Positions 1 through 14,283 of a DNA stretch of 64,000 bases are shown here, piece by piece (the stretch's first letter is position 1; the number at the start of each line of letters is the position of its first letter). A model generated the notes under the pieces. It was not told the DNA's origin and ran no database searches. It was given only the letters and a program-made list of their open reading frames with translations. Source of the DNA: Rotaria socialis (Eukaryota); contig CAJNYD010000423.1 in NCBI GenBank assembly GCA_905331295.1, forward strand, positions 62,001 through 126,000, in the 5' to 3' direction. A program made the translations under genes and the position numbers.

Positions 1-3000
1 GAAGCCGTCAAATAAATGGTACAAGTCGTCATCAATATTATACAGCTTATTTTGCACGAAATTATACTCGTTATGGACAATATAACATTTCAGCTCGATG
101 TTATAATGAACGTAGTGCTAATACTACATACTTATTACGAACAGTTCGGCGAGAAAATGTGAATAGAAAAATGATTATTTATAAAGATTTGATGGAATCA
201 TCAACACCATCGCGATTTAATTTAATATCACGCGAAGATTATTCGTTTCAACATGCAAGTTGTTTACAGTTAAAAAATGCGATTACCAATGACAAAATGA
301 AATTGATTTGGAGAAAAAAAACATTGGAAGTTATACCAAATGAGGTAATAATTGATATCATCGAACAAGATTTCTAACTTAACTATGTATAAAGCAACAA
401 ACTTATGAGCAGATCTTCATTAGGGAGACATTGAATTTATTCACATCTAATTGTCAAAGAATTTTTCCATAGAATGTAACGGAAATGATAAAATGTATAA
501 AGTAAAAATCTGGACTCATTCACCATGTTGAAGAGATCATAACAGACATTCGAGTAATGACATTTCACAGGGCTAAATACTCCCTTGTAAGAAGTCGTTC
601 TGTTGCATTCTAGACAGCCTCAGGAGCTGTTAATATATGATCAATGTATGTATATCAGTAACGGTCCGGTCTAATATACGAATAAGTTTCTTCTTGAATA
701 TTGATGATGCTGAAAATGAAAATATAGCCAGACGTAGTGCATGTATATTGAAAGAATAGAAGCATTAGCTAGATGTTTAATAAGAAAAAGCAGTTGGATT
801 TTGTTTCGCATTTCAGTCCTTAGGTATTTCGTGAATAGATTTTTAGTATGAAGTGAATTGTGTTTGACTTTCGTAAAAAGTTATATCTGTAGAAAGAATT
901 ATACTTCCATGAATAAAAGTACATTAAAAGCATAATTTTTTATTTGAGATTCATCCCTGGTTGTTCCCCTATGGAGCTACATACCGTAACAAACCAATGC
1001 TACTAATTTGAAACGTATTAAAAATATTTTTGCATAATAAATAGTAGATCATATGTCATTTATGAATATTTTAAGAGAGAAAAATGGAGTGAACCTGTAT
1101 TTTTTTCTTTCGAATATTTCTTTGTTTATTCATAGAATGTTCTCATTAACTCTTAATGTGATGACTTATCATGTTAAAATTGAAAGCATAAAATTTTTCG
1201 TCTTTTCAGCCATTACCTATTGGCAAACATCTCTATCAACTTGAATGTGATTCTGTTGCATTACAAGCATATTATCTTTATGTTCAACCCGCCATACGTT
1301 CGCTAGACATTGCAGCATCTCAAACAACAATAAAAGCTGGCCAGTCAATACAATATTCGATTACTCTTGAACCTACATTAGATTTAACAATAATATTCGA
1401 TTGTGATACACCAAACACTCCATTGGAAATTATTCATATTCCAAAAATAACTGATGCATCTCCAATTGTTGTTGCTAATTGTACTTATGCACAACCTGGT
1501 CAATATCATCCATTGGTTAGTGCAATCAATCGTATTAATTTAGTAAATCAATCAATACGTATTGATGTTGAAGAACCATTATCACCATTTAAAGTTGATA
1601 TTGAAGATTGTACTGATGTTAATCAATTATCATTAGTTGTTATTCGTGCATTAGAACATATACCATTTGAAGGTTTATTTACTTTAACTATCATTGATAG
1701 AGTGGACGCAAATGTAAAAAATGTAACACGAACTGAAAGCATACAATTATTTCCATCAAATAATTTTACTGAACAATTCTATATGAATATAACAACATAC
1801 GGAAGACAAACATTACATGTACGTGGTGGAGATTATCCAACAATACGTGAAGCACAAACTACATTTACTGTTGGAACAGAGATAACAACAAAACCACAAG
1901 TTTATATTTTAAACCAAATGGCTATTGTCAATGAGGATTTCACTTGGGTTGATGTTCAGTGGATTAATGGTATCGGTTTCGATGTACAAATTGATTTTGG
2001 AAATGAAAAGAAAGTTTTAATACGTTATGCACAAATAATAACATCCCAGTTGAATCGAATGGTAAAGAAAAATGATGGTGCACACGAAATACAATGGAAA
2101 CGATTAAGTAAACATCGAATACAAGTTGGATATAAGTAAGTGAAATTTTGAATTACAAGTATTGTTAAATAAGTAGGAGTTAAAAATGAATAGGAAAATT
2201 TCCAATTAGATTCAGACTTACAACCATTTTTTAATTGAATTTTGATGCTGTAAATTTTTACTACGATTCCTTCAGTTTATCAATATAGTATCCTCATGTT
2301 TTTTTATTCTAATTTGACAACTTTGAAATTCTTAGAAAAAGTGCATATGAAAATTTTGAACATTTAATTCTTTTGATTTTAAATTCTTAATATATTCACA
2401 TTTTTCTATATCATCTTGACCTATTCTTCCTTGAGTTATCTTTAAAGAATTATGAAGATCAATAGCCGCGAGCTATTCTCTGATTTATCAAAAGTGTTGT
2501 ACTCAAATAATAAAATAATGATTAGAATTGTCAGTCTGTACAAGACTAAAGAATTCATGTGAATCACACACTACCGTTATATTGACTATATACATAAAGA
2601 ACAACAAATATACACTGAATGCAAATGAAAGATGATGTAAAGTAAGAGTTTTATGAATGAGACTTCTATTACATTTTTAAGTTAACAGCACTTTATCCAA
2701 GATACTTCTAGCGATTAAAAATTGAAATGATTGACAACTTTATTATCTTGACCATCAGACTCGTTAACACACGTAGAATAGCTGTTGTATGTAAAAACAA
2801 AATGGCATTTATACCTGTAATAAAGTAAATCAGACTTATTTAGTTTCGGGTTGTGACAGTATCTATCTATAAAACGCATTCATACTGACGTACTTTAAAA
2901 AATAGATATAACTATGATATCAATTAAGATTTCTGAAAAGAAATAAAATTCTTTATTGTATAGATTTACAAAAGCTGGCACATACAAAATTGAGGTCACG

Positions 3001-6000
3001 TTCGTTCAACCATCTTCGAAATTCCTTACTGCTGAAATTGCATGTCCAACAGTAACCATCGTGAAAGGTATAGTTCAGCCTGAAGATACATGTTTTCTAG
3101 AACAACAATTTTCTCTAACATCACCCAATGCCATCAATAATGTAACTCTATCATCACCTGTACTATTTTTACCATACAGTCTTCAACATCATCTTGAACC
3201 CGTAATAGTTACACCATGTTCAGATAATGATCTGATATATTCATTTTATCTTTTATCCATTGATTCAACTCACTGGAAATATTCTCGTACACAACGATAT
3301 TCAAATTCAATAGCTGAATCTTTTGAAGAAATATTTCTCTCAAAGGATTGTTCTGAACTTGGACCAAAATCAACATTAACAATTGAACCAAATTCACTCC
3401 CACATGGTTATTATTTAGCTGTGTTTACTGTTACTACAAGTTCAAATCAAGTTGATTTTCGACAATTTCTTCAACCCATTGAAATCATACGTTCAGATTT
3501 GGTAACAACCTTCGGTGGTAATGAAACAATAACAATTGATGGTCAAACAGTTCATTTAGATTTTTATTCTTCAACAAACGATCCTGATACAACTGAATTT
3601 GATCGTCGTAAACTTAATTTTACTTTAATATGTTATCCAGAAGATATTCAATCATCCATATTTTATCCTAATACACTTCAATTGGGTGCATCAAGACCAA
3701 CATCAACTAATCCACAAAATCTTAATAGTTGGTCTATACAATGGAATAATTTAACATTAGTCACACGTCGTCCAGAATTAAACATTCAAATCTATGAAAA
3801 TCAATGTTTTATACCAAAAACCAAACGTAAAATGCATAAAGAAACAATTTCTTTTAATTCAAAAACAAAAAGATTTAATCTGACTGAAACTGATCTTGAA
3901 GTAAATAATGGGTCAATCTATTTCCTACTAATCATTCGGCATGTAACTGATGGACGACAATTAATTTCGCGTTTAGAAGTTGATAAAAAGATAAATTATG
4001 TATTTGATACAGCTGACTTAAGTTTATTAGAAGAAGTAATGGGTAATTTAGATGACTTAGCTGCAGCTAATCCTCAAAAAGCAGTAGCATTAATTTCTGG
4101 TTTAGCCGATAAACTTAATGAAATGAGTGATAATTCTGTAAGTAAAAATTTCATTTGTGTAATTTAATTGTATAACATATTGTGATTAATATAGACAATG
4201 GGTGAAATGAATGAAACCGAAGCAAAATCAATCAATGATCGGATGTCAGCTGTAAATTTAAAAGACAATTTTCAATGAAATAAATACAATAACAACATAT
4301 CTAATTTTAGATGCGATCAAAAATGTTATCATCGATGGATACAGTCTTAGAATCAGCAAATGATCCGGGTATGGTCGACAAAGCTTTGAAAGCTAGTGCA
4401 ACAGTAACAGCAAATAGTGATCAAATGCCATTGTCAAATCAAGTTCGATTACTGTCTCATTTGTTTTATACTTCTATTATACAAATATGAATTTTAGGAA
4501 AAAGGAGCTGGTATTATTGAAAAAGTGGGCTCCAAAGTAAGAGAAATGGAATCAGCAGATGAAAATACAGTGACGGAACTTGCTTCATGTATTTATAATC
4601 TTGTTTCATTTACGATTATTTGAAAGTACTACTTTATTTTCAGCATTAATGGACGTCGGTGGTAACGTTCTTCAAGCTGCATCAAAAACTGTTTCGAAAG
4701 ATAAAGGCAATGATCCTGATGCTGTTATTGAGGTTAATATAAATTTCTTATGATTAATTTTATGTTTTACGTAAATCATATAAAAAAAACTATATATCTA
4801 ATTATATAGAATCTTGAATCTGACATGAAAGCAGCTGACAATGATGAAACCGATACTAAAGTTATTTATGCTCCAACATCATTTTATGATTCTTGTGATG
4901 ATTGTGATACCCTGCCCGAAGAACGATGGGAAGAATTTCGACATAAATTAGAAGACGAAAAGAAAACAATTGTTGAAGGACGAGAACGAGTATTTTATTT
5001 TGTTTATCTTCACAAAATTATTATTGTTTTTTCGTCTTAGGCTTCAAATATTGCTAAACGAAGTGCTGGTGGTTTATTTACAGTTGGTGATGCTTTAGCT
5101 AATCGTTCAACAACCAATGAAACAAAAACAATTGAAAGTAAAACAATGGCAATGTCTTTTTCAAAAGCAGCTCCTGATGGTATACAATCGTTTTTTTTTC
5201 TATGCGATATTTCTAGACATAGAACTATGTGTTTTCTTTACAGGTAAATCTAGTATATCAGCTGGTGATACAAGTATTCGTTTACCTAGTTTTTCTGATT
5301 TGAATTCCGATTCTGATTCATCAAATATTTATACTAAACTTCTTGAATCAAAAGATAATCCATATGCAAGTGCAAATGGAAATTCCAACGTACAAGGAAG
5401 TGTTATAACTATTGTTTTATCAAACTCAGATGGATCAGAAATGCCAGTAACAAATTCAACAGAACCCATAGCAATTCGATTAACAAGACCAGTTGATAAA
5501 CGACCGAAATTTCAAGAACATGAATTACATGGAACATCATTACAATATCATAAAGTTGAATTGCCAGAAAAAAATATGACATTATCAATTTATGCTGCTC
5601 CTAACGGTTCACCAATGGATACGTATGCTGTCTATATTTCGTATGGTGAAAACGAAACATTATTAGAACCACCGACAGAATCAAAATTTGATTTAATTTT
5701 CGTTTTACCAAATCAAACAGCTTTAACTAACAAAACAGATCTTAGTCCAGAAGATGAATATGAATTAAGACATACAGTATTTTTACCACCGGGTGTTCAT
5801 TTTGGTAATGGTACTTATATTATTGGTGTTAGATTACTAAGTAAATATTTTATTACATTTCGTTTTTACTTGAATTCTGCTAACAGACTTGGTTTTAATA
5901 AATATGATGATGAATTTTAGATGCAAGTATATCAATGAATTTAACAGAATACAATTCAAGTTATACAGCAAATATGTATGTATCAAAATGTCAATATTGG

Positions 6001-9000
6001 GATGAAAAACGATATGTTTGGAGTTCAGAAGGATGTGAAGTAAATTAGTTTTTGTTTTTAAAAATTTATAGTATTGGCATATAAAATGTATTTTATATAG
6101 GTTGGACCCTTGACAACATTAAAATCCACGGAATGTCTTTGCACACATTTAACAACATTTGGCGGTGACTTTTATGTGCCACCAAATACCATTGATTTCA
6201 GCACAGTTTTTCTAAAATTTAAAAAATTACATGAAAATGCAGCTGTATTTAGTACAGTAATGGTTATTCTTGGTTTATATATTATTGCAGCGGTATGGGC
6301 ACGCAGATCAGATAAACAAGATTTAATTAAAGTATGTTATTGAAGAACAAATCTTTTATTAAAATAACGTCGTGAAATAATCCTCATTTACTTTATTAAA
6401 TTTGCTGTGAAATTTTACAAGGATGAAGTTTTTAGTTGAATTGTAGAAAACCAAAATCTCTTTTTAATCAATGGCTCATGAGTCAGTACTTTTGATAATT
6501 AAAATATTTCTATACAATCTCAAATATTGTAAAACGCTTGTTAATCTCTATTTGTTTGCATGAGAACAAAGTAGCTTGTAATACTTTTTCTTTGCGAACC
6601 AAATCTAATTCATAAACGGTTCTTAAGAGTTTTTGTAATTAATAAAATATTTTTTTTGTACTACGAAAATATGTGTATTTATTTTTCAGTGGACAGCATC
6701 ACCACTGATGGATAATCTTCCCATTGACACCTACCATTATTTAATCACAGTTCATACAGGTGTTGGTAAAGAAGCTGGCTCAACATCAAATATAAGTTTT
6801 GTTATGTCTGGTGAATCATCTGATAGTGGCGTAAGAAAATTATCCGATGGAAAAATTCAAGTAAGTGTGTACACAACTAATATTTCATATTTAGAATTTT
6901 TTCTGCTTTAAATACTTAAATATTCATAATGATTTTATTATATGTTATTTAAATCGCTTGCACTATTTCTATTACATAAACACTAAAATATAGAGCTAAG
7001 ATACTGATCATGAGAGTGGCAGACTAATTCTTTTTTAGTTTTTATTTTAGCCATTTTTCGACGAATATTCACAGCTGAATAGAAAAAAAATTTCCTAAAT
7101 ACTAAATTAATGCTTGTTTATCTGAATATCGTGGACTAACTCATTTAGCTGAGATAAAAATACGAAAAAAAGGATACTATTGCTCATGAAAAATGATTCC
7201 GAAAAATATTGTAAAACACAGACACAAGTGAAATATAAACAATTAGCCTGATACAGAGAAACTGGTTTTCTGACAGGGAAATTTAGAAGTTTTTAAATAA
7301 TACTCTAGATTTTTCTAACTGAATGAGTTGCCGCAATAAAAGAAAATGAAAGATCCACAACTATTTTTTTTTCTGCAGAAATCTTACGTTTTGTTGCTAG
7401 ACAACAACGAATACTTATATTTAGAGATGATATTTTCTTTGAATAGGAATTTAAATCAGGAACTGTTCGAAATTTTCTAATGAGCGTTGAATCACCTCTT
7501 GGTCCATTACTTTATGTTCGTGTTTGGCATGATAATTCTGGTATTAAAGAGAAAGCATCATGGTATTTAAATATGATCAATGTTATGGATTTGCAAACTG
7601 GAGAAAAGTATTTATTCTATTTATTTTCGTGTAGCTGTATTCCAATTATTTCTTGTTTTTTAGGAGCTATTTTCTTTGTGATAATTGGTTAGCTGTTGAG
7701 AAAGGTGATGGTCTTGTGGATCGTGTTATTCCATTAGCATCATCAAAAGAATTGAAAAGTTTTGCTCATCTTTTTACTCAATCAGTTAAAAAGAAATTTA
7801 GTGATGGTCATCTTTGGTTTTCAGTATTTTCACGTCCAGTTCGAAGTAATTTTACACGTTTACAACGTATTTCATGTTGCATATCATTATTATTTTGTAC
7901 AATGATATCAAATGCCATGTTCTATAAACAAGATACAAAAGCAACTGAAAATAAAGCTGGTGTTTTAATGAAAATTGGCCCTGTTCAATTTACATTAGCT
8001 CAACTGTGGGTTAGTTTTATTGGAACATTAATTGTTTTGCCGATCAATTTAATTATTGTAACATTATTTCGTAAAGCAAAATATAGTCAAAAAACATTAA
8101 TTACACATCAGTTGAAAGAAACTCGTCGTCGAAATAAAAAATTAGAAAAAGATGAACAACGTGAAAAAACATCAAGGTTTGTGTTTGATGAAATTACAGT
8201 CAAACAAAAAGAAAGAAACACAATAATAAATATATATTTAGATTTTTCTCACGATTCAAAAATCGTTCAAAACAATCGAAAAAAATGGAAGGAGATGAAA
8301 TAGAACGTATTGCAGCAATATCTTCAGTTGAAGATACAACAAGAACATTGCCATATTGGACGATTTACATTGCATGGGGATGTAAGAAGATAAACGAATT
8401 TAATTTAATTTATTTTGAACTAAGATTTGTTTTTCTGTTTTTGCTTGTTAAGTGGTTGCATTGAGCATCCTTACGTGTGCATTCTTTATTATCCTATATT
8501 CATTGGAATGGGGTGCCACAAGAGCTAATGAATGGTTAATGACAATGATGCTTTCATTTGGTCAATCGATACTTGTTATTGATCCATTGAAAGTATTTAT
8601 TATAACTGCAATTATAAGTTTTCTTATTCGTCGTCCGTATGATGATGAAACACTTGATTTCAATGATCCGTTTACAGGAGCATTAGTATCAAATAATCAT
8701 ATGGCTGAAAATGATGATAATGGTGGTTTTAATGATTCTCAAATTAAAGGTAAACTGTGATAGATTTTAATTATTTAAAATTACATTATTCATTCTAAAG
8801 ATATCAGACATTGTGGTCGACATTTTCTTCTTGTTGATTAGCATAATTCCCATATACCATAGATGAAACGGATCAAATTAATCTAAATTTCTCGAGCTTG
8901 AACTAAGTATCTATCATATCATTTCAGTCCCTTCTGTTTGATTCTAAAATACATTAGAGGATTTATATTTAAAAAAAAACTTAGACCCTACTATTATTGC

Positions 9001-11544
9001 AAACAGATAATAACTATATATCTTACTATATTTTTAATAGAAATAGCTCGTCAACGTCGTGTTCGATTATTTGATTTGCGTCCAATTGATTCAACTGAAA
9101 TGGCTCGAGCTCGAGAACAACGGCTACGTGAAATTAAAATGGGAGAAATCATTCGTGAAATAGTTGTTTATATATTTTTTACAGTTGTCTTATTATTTCT
9201 CTCCTATCAAGCACGAGATACAAATTCTTATGGTTTATATCGTGATACAAAAAATTTATTTATTACAGATGATTTTCATGGTGTTGACTCACTTTCAACA
9301 TGGTGGGATTATTGTGATAATGTTTTATTGAAAGGCCTCTATGCTCAAACATGGTATAACAATAAGAGTTTATCATGGAGAGAAAAATTAACAACTGGAA
9401 GTCGTGTTTCAATGCGCGTTGGTGCACCTCGAATACGACAATTGCGTGTAAAAGAAAGTAGTTGTCGTGTTCATCGACGTGTTAAACATGTTATAACTCA
9501 TTGTCGAGATGATTACAATTGGATCGATGATGACACGAAAGATTATACGCCAAGATGGGAACAAGTTTTAAATAAAACAGCAGCAAAAATGAGTGATGAA
9601 ACAAATGATGGTAAACAAAGATGTAGAACTCCATGGTGTTATCAAGTGAGTTTCATAGGAAAGTGTATTTTTTAACGAAGAAAATAAAATATTTGTATGA
9701 GAATTTTCATTAAAATAGCTTAATTATGTAATAGAAATTAAATGAATCAAAATAATGCAATGATTATTTTATTTGTATACTAAATTAGAAGAAAAGATAT
9801 CTTAAGATTCAAGCTGAAGACATGAAGTCTTCTTGAAAAATATATTTTTTTTTCTTTAAAAGCAGAATGAGGTAGTAGTATCATTTCAAAAATGTAATCA
9901 AACAAGAGTTCAAATAAATCCAGAGTAGAAATATTATACTTATTGACGGTTTGTTTTGATAGACTTCGATAGCTTACATAATATTATCTCCCATACAATA
10001 AAGATGAATAAAACAAAATCAATGTCGAAAAAATACTAGACTACTAAGCAACTATAGATATCAGTATTAGTAAATAAACTATTTATGTATCATCCTATTC
10101 GTTCATGAGAGTTTCAGTAATCTCCTTCATGTTGGCATCAATACGGCACCTACTTTATTTTTCGTTTACTTTATTTTTTAGAGTAGCGCTCATACAAAAA
10201 GCGGTCCTATGAAAGCCATTTATAAAACATATAAAGGAGGTGGTTATATCGTATCTTTGGGTCGAACATGTGAAAAAGCTCGGACAGTTATTACAGAACT
10301 TCGTTCACAAAATTGGCTCGATCAACTGACGCGTGGAGTTATCATCGATTTTTCACTTTATAATGCAAATGTTAATTTGTTTGTTGCTGTTACGCTTTCT
10401 TTTGAAATGACATCCATGGGTTCAGTTATACAAGATTATCAAATAAAAATTTTTCGTTTATACGATCATATCGGTGGTTATGGTATTATTGTTTACTTAT
10501 TTGAATTCCTATTCGTTGTTTTTACAATTTATTCTGCTATACATGAAACATTATCAATAATTAAACAAAGAAGAGAATATTTTGATAAATTCTGGAATAT
10601 TATTTCATTTCTAACTGCATTATTCAGTGTAACAGCGATTGGAATGTATGGAACCAAAAAGACGTTAACACGATTAGCTATCCGATCATTAAGAAAAACA
10701 GATATGGGTAAGGAAAAATACAATTAAACCAAAAGAAAAGATTATCGTTTCTATTCTCAATTGGTTTTTGTTTTTCTTAGGTGAATTTGTTAATTTTAAT
10801 GCAATTGGAAGTTTTGATGAAGTATATTCATATATTGTTGCATTAGTAACATTCTTTACAATGCTTAAATTTTTGAAATTACTTCGTTTCAATAAACGTA
10901 TGGGAATGCTATCAAAATCACTTCGTTATGCTCAAAAAGATTTAAGTTCATTTGGATTTGTATTTATTATTTTCATGGTAGCATATGCACATATGGGTTT
11001 TGGTTTATTTGGTCGTTCACTTCAATCATACAAGAGCTTTTTTACTGCATTAACAACTTGCTTCCGAATGCTTTTGGGCGAAATTAATGCACCGGATATG
11101 CTTGCTGTCAGCCGAGTCTATGGTAAGTCAATAGAAACGTAAAACATTCATTAAAAATATTTTCTTTTATTTATTTTTGCTTTGTATCTTTAGGTTCATT
11201 TTATTTTCTTTCCTTTATTATTCTTGTCTTCGTGGCATTGCTTAGTATCTTTTTGACTATGTAAGTAGAATCGATCAATAAGATAATTTTATATGATAAT
11301 GTTTTCTTTCTATAGTTTGAATGATTCCTTTGCACATGTTAAACGAGAACTAGCTGCTTCACAACAGAAAAATGAAATGATGGATTTTATGTGGTCCACA
11401 TTCCGTAAAGTTGCGGGTGTAAACAAAAAGAAGCCAGATGCAGATGAGAATGAAATCATGAAAAATAATATAGCAAGTATGATGGACTCAATGAATAAAA
11501 ATTCTGCTGCGCCATTGGCTAAATTTGAGGCTGAAGATCTTTAA
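1..11544 (+). CDS. Polycystin-1-like (PKD1L/LOV-1 family) protein; multi-exon gene whose 5' end lies outside the window
   Basis: Successive exons encode PKD-like repeats and a REJ-like region (about 1210-2135 and 2964-4137), GAIN/GPS (CQYWDEKRYVWSSEGCE-VGPLTTLKSTECLCTHLTTFG, about 5990-6165), TM1, PLAT/LH2 (YLITVHTG...VRVWHDNSG...WYL...YFLCDNWLAVEKGDG), the HLWFSVFSRP..SNFTRLQRISCC motif and the PKD channel domain (RIRQLRV, WLDQLTRGVIIDFSLYNANVNLF, KFLKLLRFNKRM). GT-AG introns throughout; stop TAA at 11542-11544. Confidence 0.93.
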
Positions 11545-13366
11545 AAAGAAACCAAAAAGATGCAATATAAAAGACATTAAATACTATTTTATTCTAATTT
11601 TTTCAATTGTATGTTTGTTTGCTTATATCTATCTATATATATATACATATATATATATTCATCTAAAAATGATATTTCGTCAATAAAATTGGCTTGCTCG
11701 AAAAAATTCCTTACATTTTCAATGTGACCGATGACGAGCAGCTATTTAAATACAGAATGATTCAATATAATATTGGATTGTTGAACTATACATTTAATAA
11801 AATGATTGAAATATTCAATACGAGCTGTTTAAAAGAACTGTTGAATGTCATTGGAACTAAGATAAACGTTTGATTTTTGCTATGATGTAATTTCACATTG
11901 GGATCTATTGATTTATATTGGTATAAAAAAAATGAGAAGAGATAGCTTCAACTATTATTTGTCACGATATTCATAACGATGACTAAAAATCTATAACAAT
12001 TTACTATTGAATCCTGTTCAGTCCTGTTCATTGATTTTGAGGGGGAAAATGAATTTAGGAAGTTTCTAATACATTTAAAAGTTGTAATTTATTATTTTCG
12101 TGCATACTCATATCCTACTGATTGTAAAGACGACGAGCGAGTAATTCAATGCTTATAATAATTCCTAATAGCAATGTCGGTAAAAGAAAAATTCATTTCT
12201 AACCGATTAGAACGTTTTCGCAGAGATAAACAATTAATTACAAGAAAAATTTCAATGAAAAACTATATAGAATTTTTTGTCTTTTCTTGATTAGATGACC
12301 GTTATAAAGAAAAAGCAACTGGTTGTGATATTATATTAGAAAAACGAGAGCTGATTAAAATAATCAAGACTTTTTTTCAACATTGTTCTATTCAATTTCA
12401 TGAATTGATAGTAATTATCGTTTATCGTATAGGTGTGTCATATTTTTCGCCGTGTGTATTACACGTTGTACCAAATAGGGACTTCAACAACTTTCAACAG
12501 TAGTTGTATACAGGAGATTGGCCGATGCGTTTTCTAATCCTGAGTTGATTCTTCTCCGAATAAACTAAGATAGAATATTTTAAAATCTCATTAGTTCAAT
12601 TTTGTTAATTTTTGACTCAATCGATAATAAAATCCAGCTCTATTGACTAGCATAAAATTTTCAATGAAAGTCTGTTAGTCATGGATAAAATGTACGCTCT
12701 GAGAACAGTCATCTTCATATTTTATTCTAAATCAAATGAATGAAATATCTATCACATTAGATCTGATATACTAATCTGATTAATTATTGTTCTTAATAAT
12801 GGATAAGATGCTTTATTTTATTTTAAAATTCTCATCATATCTATCCTTCCTAGTGTTGTGCATAATCTTGTGCTTCATAAAACTTGAAAAAATTCTTCAT
12901 TGAATAAAAGACCCTTTTACAAAATATACTTATGTAATATATAAAAAATGGTTATTTTTCTTTATGTATTCTTTTTAGTAGTCAATTATCCTCCTTATCA
13001 CTGATCAACAGTAGAGATGTATATTTTTATTCCAAGAAGTTGATCGCACTGTAGACTAGCAGAGTTTACTTTTATAGTTACTTATTCAGTATAGATCATA
13101 GTGATTAAATGTTTTTTATTTATTATCAAAAATCTAGTATTGATTCAATAGTGTCATAGTTGAATAACGAACTTATATCTTTTTCATACCATTGTAGTCA
13201 AATTTGAACGAGAAAACTTTGACTAAGATATTTATTGAAGTAGATCGCTGATTTGTTGTAATTTGATTCATAACGACCTCTTTCGTTGTATTTAGATCAA
13301 ATTTCTATATCAATAGGATCTATCAAGTAACCACTAAACGAAACATCAACGATAGTTTCTATTGAA

Positions 13367-14269
13367 ATGCGTTCTTTGAATTATCTTTTTCGCCGAAATA
13401 TTATCAACTCATCGACGACAGATGTATACCGTTGGTTACTTGCCCGTGCACAATATCTACAACGTCTCTCTCAATCTCATTTATCTTATTCAAAATCTAA
13501 GTCATTATTTGGAATTTTTCGTTCGTTAATTAATCAATATCACCGAAATGTACCAATTGATTATCTGTGCGGTTCGACGATGTTTTTCAATCGGTTATTT
13601 ATTGTGAATAGACACGTTCTCATTCCACGTCGAGATTCAGAATGTCTCATTCGTCATGTACAACAACTCTATGCACAAGATACAAACAGTAAATTTTTGA
13701 ATATATTTAGAAAAATAAGACTGCAACATTTTCTTGTTTTAGAGAAATCAATTCTTGAAATTGGCACTGGAAGTGGATGTTTATCGATAACTCTATCTCG
13801 TCTTTTTCCAAACTGGCAAATTCATGCATGTGATATAAGTTCGTCTGCTCTTCGAGTTGCTCGAAACAATGCATATCTTCATCATTGTCATAGTATTCAG
13901 TTTCACCGTGGTGATCTATTTGATTCAGCATTTCTCCAGAACACTTCATTTAACATGATTGTTTCCAATCCTCCTTATATTCCAACTGACGAAGTATCTT
14001 ATTGTGATGCAGGAATATTTCATGAACCATCTATTGCTTTATTTGTTGATCCACCATTGAAGTTCTATTCTGAAATTATTCATCGTGCAAAACAAGAATG
14101 GCTAAACGATCACGGATATCTCGTATTTGAATGTTCTCCATTCAATGCTCACCAAATCGAACAGTTATTCATTGAACAACAACAGTATTTCGAAAATATT
14201 CAGGTAACACTCGACACAAATCAATTACCTCGTGTTATTTCGGCAAAGAAAAAACAAACATTTCTATAA
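13367..14269 (+). CDS. HemK/PrmC-family release factor N5-glutamine methyltransferase; one probable in-frame 54-nt intron at 13689-13742
   Basis: Motifs VPIDYLCG, VLIPRRDSE, SAM-binding ILEIGTGSG, IVSNPPYIP and HEPSIALF. The segment gtaaatttt...ttgttttag (13689-13742) has intron ends. Confidence 0.88.
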   Translation: MRSLNYLFRRNIINSSTTDVYRWLLARAQYLQRLSQSHLSYSKSKSLFGIFRSLINQYHRNVPIDYLCGSTMFFNRLFIVNRHVLIPRRDSECLIRHVQQLYAQDTNSKFLNIFRKIRLQHFLVLEKSILEIGTGSGCLSITLSRLFPNWQIHACDISSSALRVARNNAYLHHCHSIQFHRGDLFDSAFLQNTSFNMIVSNPPYIPTDEVSYCDAGIFHEPSIALFVDPPLKFYSEIIHRAKQEWLNDHGYLVFECSPFNAHQIEQLFIEQQQYFENIQVTLDTNQLPRVISAKKKQTFL

Positions 14270-14283
14270 AAAAAACAAAAACT

